Shown here: piece after piece, positions 1-10,035 of the stretch | Layout of the letters: each line of letters begins with the position of its first letter | Position numbering within the stretch: position 1 is the stretch's first letter | Source of the DNA: Bacteroidota bacterium | GTDB lineage: Bacteria > CLD3 > SB21 > JBBIRG01 | Direction: 5' to 3' | Length of the DNA: 27,556 nucleotides | NCBI GenBank assembly: GCA_037441945.1 | Contig: JBBIRG010000001.1 | Span: forward strand, 1-27,556 | Translations under genes and position numbers: made by a program | The notes under the pieces: model-generated | Database searches by the model: none | The model's input: only the letters and a program-made list of their open reading frames with translations | What the model was told of the DNA's origin: nothing

Positions 1-1
1 G

Positions 2-2371
<2,370 letters not shown>

Positions 2372-2399
2372 TATAAACCCGCATTAAAACGGAGTTCGC

Positions 2400-4154
2400 A
2401 TGAAAAAGCATTTTTTGTGTTTCGTTATTATTCTATTCCTCCAGATCACCGGTTGCGGTCAGGGAGGTAAAGACATCATCAAACCCGACAGGTCGGTTAT
2501 CGTCGCCATCGTAGGAGGGGACACGCTGACCCTGCACGACTTTAAAAAATTTATTCAGCAGGATAAATATAAGCGCGTTGACCTGTCGGCTGCGATGGAG
2601 CGTCACCGGATACTGAATGAGCTTGTCAATCATCATTTGATTTTAAAAAACGTTGAGAATATTGTATTGGAAGGCATTGATTCGGTCGACAGAATTCTGA
2701 AAAACGTTGAAGAGGAACGGCTCGCAGGGCGAATCATCCGGACTAAAATCATTTACCCGAATATTCCCGAAGACGATCTGAGATCGTTTTACGATAAGCT
2801 TCGGATCGAGATGAACGTCCGGCATTTGTTCGTATTTCATAATGAAAACCAGAAAATCAAAATCCGTTCGTCCGAGGTTCCGTACCGTAACCGCAAGCGC
2901 GCAAAAGAAATCGCCGATTCCTTGTACGCGATCGTTAAAAAAAATCCGGGCGCAATGACCGAGGTTATCGAAACGGCTTCCGATGACCAGGAAACGAAAT
3001 ACCGGAAAGGGGAAATCGGGTTCATTCATTACGATAAATTTGATCCGCTTTTTCGCGAAACAATTTTCAATTTGAAAAACAGCGAGATATCCAGCGTCAT
3101 TGAGTCGCCCGATGGTTTTCATATTTTTCAGAAGACCGGGCATCGCGTAACGACTTTGATTGAACCCTATGAGCAGTTGCGTCCCTCTATTCTGGCTTCC
3201 TACGCGCATCGGTATGACGAGAGACCGACAAGGAAAATGGCGGAGGATTACCAGCGGTTTATCGACAGTCTGCTCGGCGCTTATCAGCTGTCGTTTAATG
3301 AAAAAAATATCGGACTGTTCCTGGATCGCTACAGGAAGATAAAAGCGCCGGCCGATATATTGACAATATTTCCATTGGGCGAACGGGGTAAAAATCTGGC
3401 CCAATTTGAGGGAGGATACATTTCCGTGCATGAGCTTGTCAATGCCATGGCGTCGAACCGGACAAAAGTGAAGTTAGACGCGGAACGGATGAAACAGGGG
3501 CTGCGCAATATCGCGACTACCCGCATTCTGGCGGCAGAAGCCCGAAAGCAAAACGTACAATTATCGACGGCCGATCAGGATGATATTCTGGACATGAAAC
3601 GCACAATGCTGAAAGATATCGTTACCTACCGAAATGTCGAGGCGCCGATTGTGATGAATAACAAGACGGTTGAAGAGTTTTATTCCCAGAATCTTCAGCA
3701 TTACAGGGAACCGGACAAAGTCAGTTTTCTTGAATTGTTTGCCGCAGACAAGAACCTGATTGACCTTTATGCGGCAGAAGTGAAGACAGGAAAGGATTTC
3801 AGGAAAGTAGCCAAAAAAGCTGAATCCGTTCAGGGCAACCGTTTCGGTGAAAGCGGACTAATTCCGGTGGAAAAGAAAAACGAACTGACGCTTCACGCAT
3901 GGAAAATGGAACACGGAGAGATCAGCGAACCTTTTACCTGGTCCGGCGGAGGATATTCGATCATTCAACTGCTTGAAAAAAAACCGGGAAGGCAGCTTTC
4001 GTTTAAAGAATCCGAAGAAAAGGCCGGAAGGGATTTTTATCAGTATCAGAAAAAAAACAACATGAGTCTCTGGCTTGCGAAACTGAAAGGCCTCTACCCG
4101 GTTCAAACATTTGAAAGCAATCTAAACGAAATATACGACATCATAAGAAAATGA
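2400..4154 (+). CDS. Parvulin-type peptidyl-prolyl isomerase/foldase lipoprotein (PrsA/SurA/PpiD-like) with two rotamase domains
   Basis: Lipobox ITGC at about Cys19 follows a hydrophobic stretch. Rotamase motif 1 is 'VRHLFV...ASDDQETKYRKGEIGFI...ISSVIESPDGFHIF'. A second, degenerate domain is 'GESGLI...GEISEPFTWSGGGYSII'. GGAG SD at 2391-2394. Confidence 0.88.
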   Translation: MKKHFLCFVIILFLQITGCGQGGKDIIKPDRSVIVAIVGGDTLTLHDFKKFIQQDKYKRVDLSAAMERHRILNELVNHHLILKNVENIVLEGIDSVDRILKNVEEERLAGRIIRTKIIYPNIPEDDLRSFYDKLRIEMNVRHLFVFHNENQKIKIRSSEVPYRNRKRAKEIADSLYAIVKKNPGAMTEVIETASDDQETKYRKGEIGFIHYDKFDPLFRETIFNLKNSEISSVIESPDGFHIFQKTGHRVTTLIEPYEQLRPSILASYAHRYDERPTRKMAEDYQRFIDSLLGAYQLSFNEKNIGLFLDRYRKIKAPADILTIFPLGERGKNLAQFEGGYISVHELVNAMASNRTKVKLDAERMKQGLRNIATTRILAAEARKQNVQLSTADQDDILDMKRTMLKDIVTYRNVEAPIVMNNKTVEEFYSQNLQHYREPDKVSFLELFAADKNLIDLYAAEVKTGKDFRKVAKKAESVQGNRFGESGLIPVEKKNELTLHAWKMEHGEISEPFTWSGGGYSIIQLLEKKPGRQLSFKESEEKAGRDFYQYQKKNNMSLWLAKLKGLYPVQTFESNLNEIYDIIRK

Positions 4155-6592
4155 TCCAGCGGTTTTTCCAGTCCGGCGCTTTGCTGTTTCTGCTTTTTAA
4201 TGCAGTTACGGCGCAGGACAGCCTTTCTGAGACCATTCAAAAACACTATCGCTCAGGTCAGTATGACAGCGTCTGCATTGTATATGACAGGCTTATACAG
4301 GATGGTGCTTTACAAAGTCACGAATATACGCTGCAGGTCTGCGTAGCCAAGTCATATTATTATACCGATCGCAACCGGCAATCCCTGGAGTTGTATAAGA
4401 GAATATATGATTTTCCGTCAGAAGATTCAGTGATTTTCTTGCGCATGCTTATTGATTATGCGTTAGTCCTGACCGAAACCGGGCAGTATGAAACCGCCAG
4501 AACAGTTTTAAGCAGGGCTGGCGCTTTGGTGGGACAATATGGAAGCCGTACCGATCTTGGCCGCTGGCACAACCGTTATGGCGTCTATTATCTCCGCCAG
4601 GGCGAATATGGCAAAAGCCTGTCCCGTCTGGACAGCGCCAAAGCAGTCGCTGACGAACTGATGGATGCGGATCTTCTTTCCTCAGTTTATACAAACTACG
4701 GTATTGTCTATCGAGAAACCGGGCAGTACGGCAAGGCGGTTAAGATTTACCGTTTGGCCGCGCGTATCGACAGTATCAGCGGGAAAGCGCACGATCTTGC
4801 CGTAGACTATGTGAATATAGCGAACGCATATAACGAACTGGGGCTTTACCGGAAAAGCATGGATTACTACCGTCTGGCTGCGGAGACGTACTCTCGGCTG
4901 AACGACACGGCCGGCCTGAGTTTGGTGTACGGGAATCTTGGAACTGTGCATTATGATATAGGCGAATATAAGAGTTCAGCTGAATGTATGGAAAAATCAC
5001 TAAAGCTGAATAAGGGTGATGATTCGCTGGGTTACGCGAGCGCTTTGCTGAATCTGGGTATAGCGTATCAGATGGCCGGCCGTGCGGAAGAATCGGTCAG
5101 TCTGCTATGGGATGCGCGCCGGAGATTTATCCGTCTTTCGCGAAAAACGGAAGAAGCGTATAGCCTGAATTATACTGGACGCGCGCGCCTGATGCTGGAT
5201 CAGGTTGATGAAGCCGAAAAAGCTTTTTTATCGGCAATTGAAATCTTTGAAAGTTCCGAAGTCCCTCAGCTCGGATGGATTGCGTATTACGATTATGCAC
5301 GGCTCAAATTTCAGGCAGGAAAAACGGATTCGGCTGTTGTTCTGCTCGAACGTTCCGTTCAGATGATCGAAGGTCTGCGCGCGGGCACCGAAGACGAGTC
5401 TCTGCTGACGCACTTCATGGAAAATGAAATCCAGCAGGCTTACCGCATGAATGTTTACCTGAATATTCTGATAGGACGGTATTCTTCTGCTTTTCGTATA
5501 TTTGAAAAAAGCAGGGTAAGATCGCTGAAACGTTATGAATTCTCCATGGAACGATCCTCGGGTGATGTTCAGTTCATTGAATACTTTTTGTACGATACAC
5601 TGTGGTTCGCCTTCGTTACGGGCTCCGATACTATCCAGGTGCGTTTTCTGTCCGCCTCGAACTCAGTTATCAGCCGCATCCGCGACTATTATCATTTGAT
5701 CCGATCGGAAAACATCGATTCAAGAATCATCAAAAAAGCTTCTCATAAATTATATGAGTTTTTGCTGCTTCCGCTGACGGATCTTCTTTCTGCGGAAATT
5801 CCGCTTATAATCGTTCCGGATGGGCCGCTGTATTATCTCCCGTTTGAAACTTTATGGACGGGGGAACAGTATCTCATCGAAAAATTTGCTGTCAGTTATG
5901 TTCCCTCCGCGGATTACTATGAACAACTGAAAGAACGGCGACGAATGAGGGAAGGGGATCATTCCAGGTCGGTTTATTTTTTCAAATCAGATTACAGCGA
6001 TATGGATTGCGATATCGGCGGTTTGCCGCTTGAAAAACTGCCTTTTATTGAGAATGAGAAAAATACACTGATGAAATTCATTCGTCTTGATTCGACGAAT
6101 GCTTTTCTGTATACCGGCGGCGAATCGTCGCTGAAAAATTTCGGAAACAGGGAACTCGGCATTCTGCACATTGCCGCTCACGGGATTAACAATCTACTTC
6201 TGCCGGAGCAGTCGGCCCTGGTAACCGGCGCTGGCGGTCATGCGCCGGATGACGGATACCTGACGGCGGAAGAAATCATTCGTCACCGGATAAGCGCAAA
6301 TTTGGTTGTGCTGTCGGCCTGCGAAACGTCGCTGGGCGAATTGCTTTGGGGAGAGGGAATGATCGGCCTGACGCGCGCGTTCCTGCAGTCGGGTTCTTCG
6401 GCGGTCATTTCCACTTTATGGAAGATCCGGGATTCGGCGGCGGCGAATTTCATAGATCGGTTTTATAACTACAAGCTCGTCAATAAAATGGATAGCCGCG
6501 CATCGCTAAAAAATGCCAAAATAGACATGATCCGTTCCGGTAAAAGCCATCCCTTTTACTGGGGGGCCTTTGTTTTATGGGGCTGTCCGTAA
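4151..6592 (+). CDS. TPR-repeat CHAT-domain (caspase-like, clan CD) cysteine protease with predicted signal peptide
   Basis: N-terminal hydrophobic leader (...LFLLFNAVTA|QDS) followed by about 9-10 TPR-like repeats of ~40 aa (e.g. YTNYGIVYRETGQYGKAVKIY). CHAT motifs 'LIIVPDGPLYYLPFETL', 'ILHIAAHG' (catalytic His), 'LVVLSACETSLG' (catalytic Cys), 'VISTLWKIRD' and 'HPFYWGAFVLWG'. ATGA overlap with the upstream gene. Confidence 0.93.
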   Translation: MIQRFFQSGALLFLLFNAVTAQDSLSETIQKHYRSGQYDSVCIVYDRLIQDGALQSHEYTLQVCVAKSYYYTDRNRQSLELYKRIYDFPSEDSVIFLRMLIDYALVLTETGQYETARTVLSRAGALVGQYGSRTDLGRWHNRYGVYYLRQGEYGKSLSRLDSAKAVADELMDADLLSSVYTNYGIVYRETGQYGKAVKIYRLAARIDSISGKAHDLAVDYVNIANAYNELGLYRKSMDYYRLAAETYSRLNDTAGLSLVYGNLGTVHYDIGEYKSSAECMEKSLKLNKGDDSLGYASALLNLGIAYQMAGRAEESVSLLWDARRRFIRLSRKTEEAYSLNYTGRARLMLDQVDEAEKAFLSAIEIFESSEVPQLGWIAYYDYARLKFQAGKTDSAVVLLERSVQMIEGLRAGTEDESLLTHFMENEIQQAYRMNVYLNILIGRYSSAFRIFEKSRVRSLKRYEFSMERSSGDVQFIEYFLYDTLWFAFVTGSDTIQVRFLSASNSVISRIRDYYHLIRSENIDSRIIKKASHKLYEFLLLPLTDLLSAEIPLIIVPDGPLYYLPFETLWTGEQYLIEKFAVSYVPSADYYEQLKERRRMREGDHSRSVYFFKSDYSDMDCDIGGLPLEKLPFIENEKNTLMKFIRLDSTNAFLYTGGESSLKNFGNRELGILHIAAHGINNLLLPEQSALVTGAGGHAPDDGYLTAEEIIRHRISANLVVLSACETSLGELLWGEGMIGLTRAFLQSGSSAVISTLWKIRDSAAANFIDRFYNYKLVNKMDSRASLKNAKIDMIRSGKSHPFYWGAFVLWGCP

Positions 6593-6599
6593 ATAACTG

Positions 6600-6630
6600 T
6601 TGAATACGAAAAATTATTATAATAACTTTG
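6600..6630 (+). promoter_or_regulatory. Candidate promoter for the E2 gene
   Basis: TTGAAT (6600-6605)-N17-TAACTT (6623-6628) in the AT-rich intergenic region. TAACTTTG also fits the Bacteroidetes-type TAnnTTTG element. A strong AAGGAG SD precedes the ATG at 6683. Confidence 0.4.
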
Positions 6631-6682
6631 TTTTTATATGAAACTCTGAAATGCACAGCGATATCCAATTAAAGGAGATTCC

Positions 6683-7981
6683 ATGAAAATCGATATGGTC
6701 ATGCCGCAGATGGGAGAAAGCATCACTGAAGGCAAAATCCTGAAATGGTTCAAAAAAGTAGGCGAGAAAATATCGAAAGACGAAACCGTTCTGGAAATCA
6801 GCACTGATAAGGTCGATTCGGAAATTCCTTCGCCCGCGACCGGCGTTCTGGCCGAAATTCTCGTGCCGGAGGGCCAAACCGTTGCGGTCGGTGCGCTGAT
6901 CGCGAGAATCGAAACCGAATCCGCGCAGGCAGTCCAGCCGGCCGTCGTGGAAACTCCGGCCGTAAAGAAAGCACAAACGGAAGTGAAAACGGAGATGAAA
7001 AAGGAAGCGCCGCCGGTTCAGCCGCAGATCACAACCGGGAAGTCTGACCGTTTCTATTCTCCGGTGGTTCGCAACATCGCGAAAGCCGAAAGCATATCGG
7101 ATAATGAACTAGCGGCCATTACGGGAACCGGATTGTCGGGCCGCGTCACCAAAGAGGATGTTTTGAGTTACCTTGAACAGCGGAAAAAAGGAACCTTACC
7201 GGCAGTCGCAACGGAATCACCAAAAACGGTGAAGCAGGTTCCTGCCATGAAATTTGAATTTTCCGGCGAACGCACCGAGCGGATACCGATGTCAAATGTC
7301 CGGCAGATTACCGCCGAACACATGCGGCGCAGCCTCGATACTTCGGCGCACGTTTACTCGCTGACGGAAATCGACATGAGCCGCGTCGTCCGCTACCGCG
7401 ATAAATTCAGGCCGGATTTCGAACGGCGCGAGGGATTCAAGCTCACCTACACGCCGTTTATCATCGACGCGATGGTTAAAGCCGTCAAGGATTATCCGAT
7501 GATCAACATTTCCGTTGACGGTAACACGATCATTAAAAAAAATTACATCAATATCAGCATGGCCGTATCCATCGAAAATAATACCGCGCTGATTGTCCCC
7601 GTAATCCGCGATGCCGACCAGCTGAACCTCATCGGCATCGCCCGTGCCGTGTTTGATCTTGCGGAACGCGCGCGGAATAAAAAACTCAAGCCCGAGGAAA
7701 TTCAGGACGGCACCCTCGCCCTGACCAATATGGGCGGTTTCGGTTCGCTCATCGGATTTCCGATCATCAACCAGCCTCAGGTTGCCATTCTTGGTATAGG
7801 CGCGATTAAGAAACGTCCCGTCGTGATCGAAACGCCCGAAGGCGATACCCTTTCAATCCGGCCGATGATGTACGCTTCGCTGTCGTATGATCACCGCGTG
7901 GTGGACGGCGCGCTTGGAGCATCCTACCTGGAACGGGTCGCGCACTATCTGGGACATTTTGATACGGCCCTGACGCTTTAA
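6683..7981 (+). CDS. 2-oxoacid dehydrogenase complex E2 (dihydrolipoamide acyltransferase); substrate class not resolved
   Basis: Single lipoyl domain 'MPQMGESITEG...EISTDKVDSEIPSP' and an Ala/Pro/Lys-rich linker. E3-binding domain 'FYSPVVRNIA...ITGTGLSGRVTKEDV'. Catalytic 'SYDHRVVDGA'. Confidence 0.95.
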   Translation: MKIDMVMPQMGESITEGKILKWFKKVGEKISKDETVLEISTDKVDSEIPSPATGVLAEILVPEGQTVAVGALIARIETESAQAVQPAVVETPAVKKAQTEVKTEMKKEAPPVQPQITTGKSDRFYSPVVRNIAKAESISDNELAAITGTGLSGRVTKEDVLSYLEQRKKGTLPAVATESPKTVKQVPAMKFEFSGERTERIPMSNVRQITAEHMRRSLDTSAHVYSLTEIDMSRVVRYRDKFRPDFERREGFKLTYTPFIIDAMVKAVKDYPMINISVDGNTIIKKNYINISMAVSIENNTALIVPVIRDADQLNLIGIARAVFDLAERARNKKLKPEEIQDGTLALTNMGGFGSLIGFPIINQPQVAILGIGAIKKRPVVIETPEGDTLSIRPMMYASLSYDHRVVDGALGASYLERVAHYLGHFDTALTL

Positions 7982-7990
7982 TGATCCCTG

Positions 7991-8020
7991 ACTCCCGGTG
8001 ATGTGATCGGGAGTTTTTTT
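7991..8020 (+). terminator. Intrinsic terminator after E2
   Basis: ACTCCCGGT-gatgtg-ATCGGGAGT forms a 9-bp stem with one G-U pair and is followed directly by TTTTTT. Confidence 0.85.
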
Positions 8021-8046
8021 ATTGGACAATATTTTCTGAGAAAACG

Positions 8047-10005
8047 ATGAAAACATTTTTCGCTGTTTTGTGGTTGTTCGGCCTGTCCTTTCCCTTACCG
8101 GGCCAGGTGTTGCTGAAAGAGGATTTCAGTAAGAAAGGGAAGTTTCCGGAAGATAACCGGACTTATTATTTTAACGGAGTTTATCACGTATACAGCCATG
8201 AAAGCGTCCGGCTGTTTGATCCGTCAAAGAATTTTAAAGATTTTACGGCAGAGATCCGTACCGAATTCATTTCCGGTGCTACCGCGGCATTTTACGGCCT
8301 TTATTTCCGGCACGACAGGCACATGAATGGATATTCATTTCTAATTACCTCGTGGGGTTACTATAACCTGCATCGCACTTTCCAGAAACCGAACGGTGAA
8401 GTTGATTCAGAAAATTTAACCTCAGGTACCGCTGATTCCGTATTCAATAAAAAAGGAGTTAATTATTTAAAAACAGAGTGCAAAGGCGACACTATTCGGT
8501 TGTATATAAACGGGCACAAGGTGCAAACTGTTACCGATTCTGTCATTCCGGAAGGTATCATAGGAATTTATGTTTGGAAAGACTTGCATGTTCATTTTGA
8601 CGATCTGACGGTGTATAAAAAAAATGTTACCGGAAAGTATTCCTTCAAACCCGTATTCCCGGACAGCGCTTTCGATGAAAAGAGTGATTCGAAGACAATC
8701 AATCTGATTAATTTTAACAAATTCACCGGTTGGAAAGATATTCCGGGAGCGTTTCATGAAAATGGTTTGTACAGGATTGATTCATCCGCTTATATCAATA
8801 ACTATATCTATAATTATGTCAATACCGATTTTTCAATCCGCGCCAATTTGAAAATCCGCGAGTGGCCGCGGCATGGCGAACTTCGCCTGAGCTGGTATCC
8901 GGACCAAAGCGATTATGAAACGGAAATAGGGATTATCGGGGATTCCACGCTGAGATATGTAAATAAACCCGCGGGAATAAGGAACACCCTACGAAACTTT
9001 CCGTTTCGCTATGAGACCGGAACATTCGTCCGCCTGCAAATCGATAAAAAGGACGGAGATACAAAAATATCAGTGAATGGCCATGAGCGCATCGTGATCA
9101 TTGACGAAAGCTATGAACCCAGAACGTTCAACTGGATCGAATTCAGAACGGAGGGTATCGGCATCGATTTATATAGTATAAAAATATCGAAACACTCTGA
9201 TGAGGAATACGGAATCGGGACGAAAGACCTGTCTTGTCCGGTTATCCGGGTATCCGGAAATCTTAAAACGGCGAAAAAACCCCCGGTGGAAGATGAATCC
9301 GATCGTATTCCTGAGGACGATTCATCTTTTTTTTCTAATCTTTTTTTGACAATTTTTTCCAATTATTTTTTAACAATCATTCTCATTGGAGCATCGCAAA
9401 TACTCCTGATATGGGGCATCGTTAGATGGAGGAACGCTGTTCGCTACAATGCAACCCATTTTGTGGATTATATCCGGGAAAGAAACGGTTCATTTTTTTT
9501 GAATGAATTTTCAGCCCGGTTCAGGTTCTCGCTGAGCAAAGCGGCCGCGGTAATGGATAAGATGGTGAAGGATTACGGAGGATACCGTTATCCGGTGAAA
9601 GATGAGAATGACGCCTTTTACGATTTTCCGACATTCATGAGTGATGTGCCTAAACCGGTGACCGTAGGATCCTATCCGGATTTCATTGAAAGGATGATCT
9701 CGGCATATGCGAAGAGAATTGGCCTGCCTGAATCTGCGGCGCGGTTTTATTTTTTACAGATTTGTACGCTGGCGGCTCATCTGCAGGGAAGGCTGTCAGT
9801 CCATACTGTGAACAAGAAAATCGAGGAGGGAAGTTTTATATTGGACCGCGCTCATTTTTCACCTTACAAAACAACATGGGATATTGTAATTCTTTTGATG
9901 TCGGAAATTATTGACGATGAGCGTTATATCAGGATTCTCAGCGACGATACGCCGGCCGTGCTGAAATTTCATGAGGATGTGATTAAACACTTTCAGAATC
10001 AGTGA
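8047..10005 (+). CDS. Type I membrane protein, paralog A: two DUF1080/ConA-like ectodomains, one TM, tandem winged-helix-like cytosolic tail
   Basis: Signal peptide (...SFPLPG|QV). Motifs 'YGLYFR', 'GVNYLKTECKGDTIRLYING' and 'GIIGI..LHVHFDDL' are typical of 3-keto-disaccharide-hydrolase-like/DUF1080 beta-sandwiches. TM 'YFLTIILIGASQILLIWGIV' is followed by RWR. Confidence 0.7.
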   Translation: MKTFFAVLWLFGLSFPLPGQVLLKEDFSKKGKFPEDNRTYYFNGVYHVYSHESVRLFDPSKNFKDFTAEIRTEFISGATAAFYGLYFRHDRHMNGYSFLITSWGYYNLHRTFQKPNGEVDSENLTSGTADSVFNKKGVNYLKTECKGDTIRLYINGHKVQTVTDSVIPEGIIGIYVWKDLHVHFDDLTVYKKNVTGKYSFKPVFPDSAFDEKSDSKTINLINFNKFTGWKDIPGAFHENGLYRIDSSAYINNYIYNYVNTDFSIRANLKIREWPRHGELRLSWYPDQSDYETEIGIIGDSTLRYVNKPAGIRNTLRNFPFRYETGTFVRLQIDKKDGDTKISVNGHERIVIIDESYEPRTFNWIEFRTEGIGIDLYSIKISKHSDEEYGIGTKDLSCPVIRVSGNLKTAKKPPVEDESDRIPEDDSSFFSNLFLTIFSNYFLTIILIGASQILLIWGIVRWRNAVRYNATHFVDYIRERNGSFFLNEFSARFRFSLSKAAAVMDKMVKDYGGYRYPVKDENDAFYDFPTFMSDVPKPVTVGSYPDFIERMISAYAKRIGLPESAARFYFLQICTLAAHLQGRLSVHTVNKKIEEGSFILDRAHFSPYKTTWDIVILLMSEIIDDERYIRILSDDTPAVLKFHEDVIKHFQNQ

Positions 10006-10035
10006 CCGATCAAGATCGAAGATACGGATAATGCC

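Noticed and set aside
4151-6592. CHAT protease as part of a Craspase, gasdermin or NLR-type defence system
   Set aside because: No Cas7-11, gasdermin, STAND NTPase, TIR or other effector is in the window, the protein appears exported, and its neighbours are housekeeping genes.
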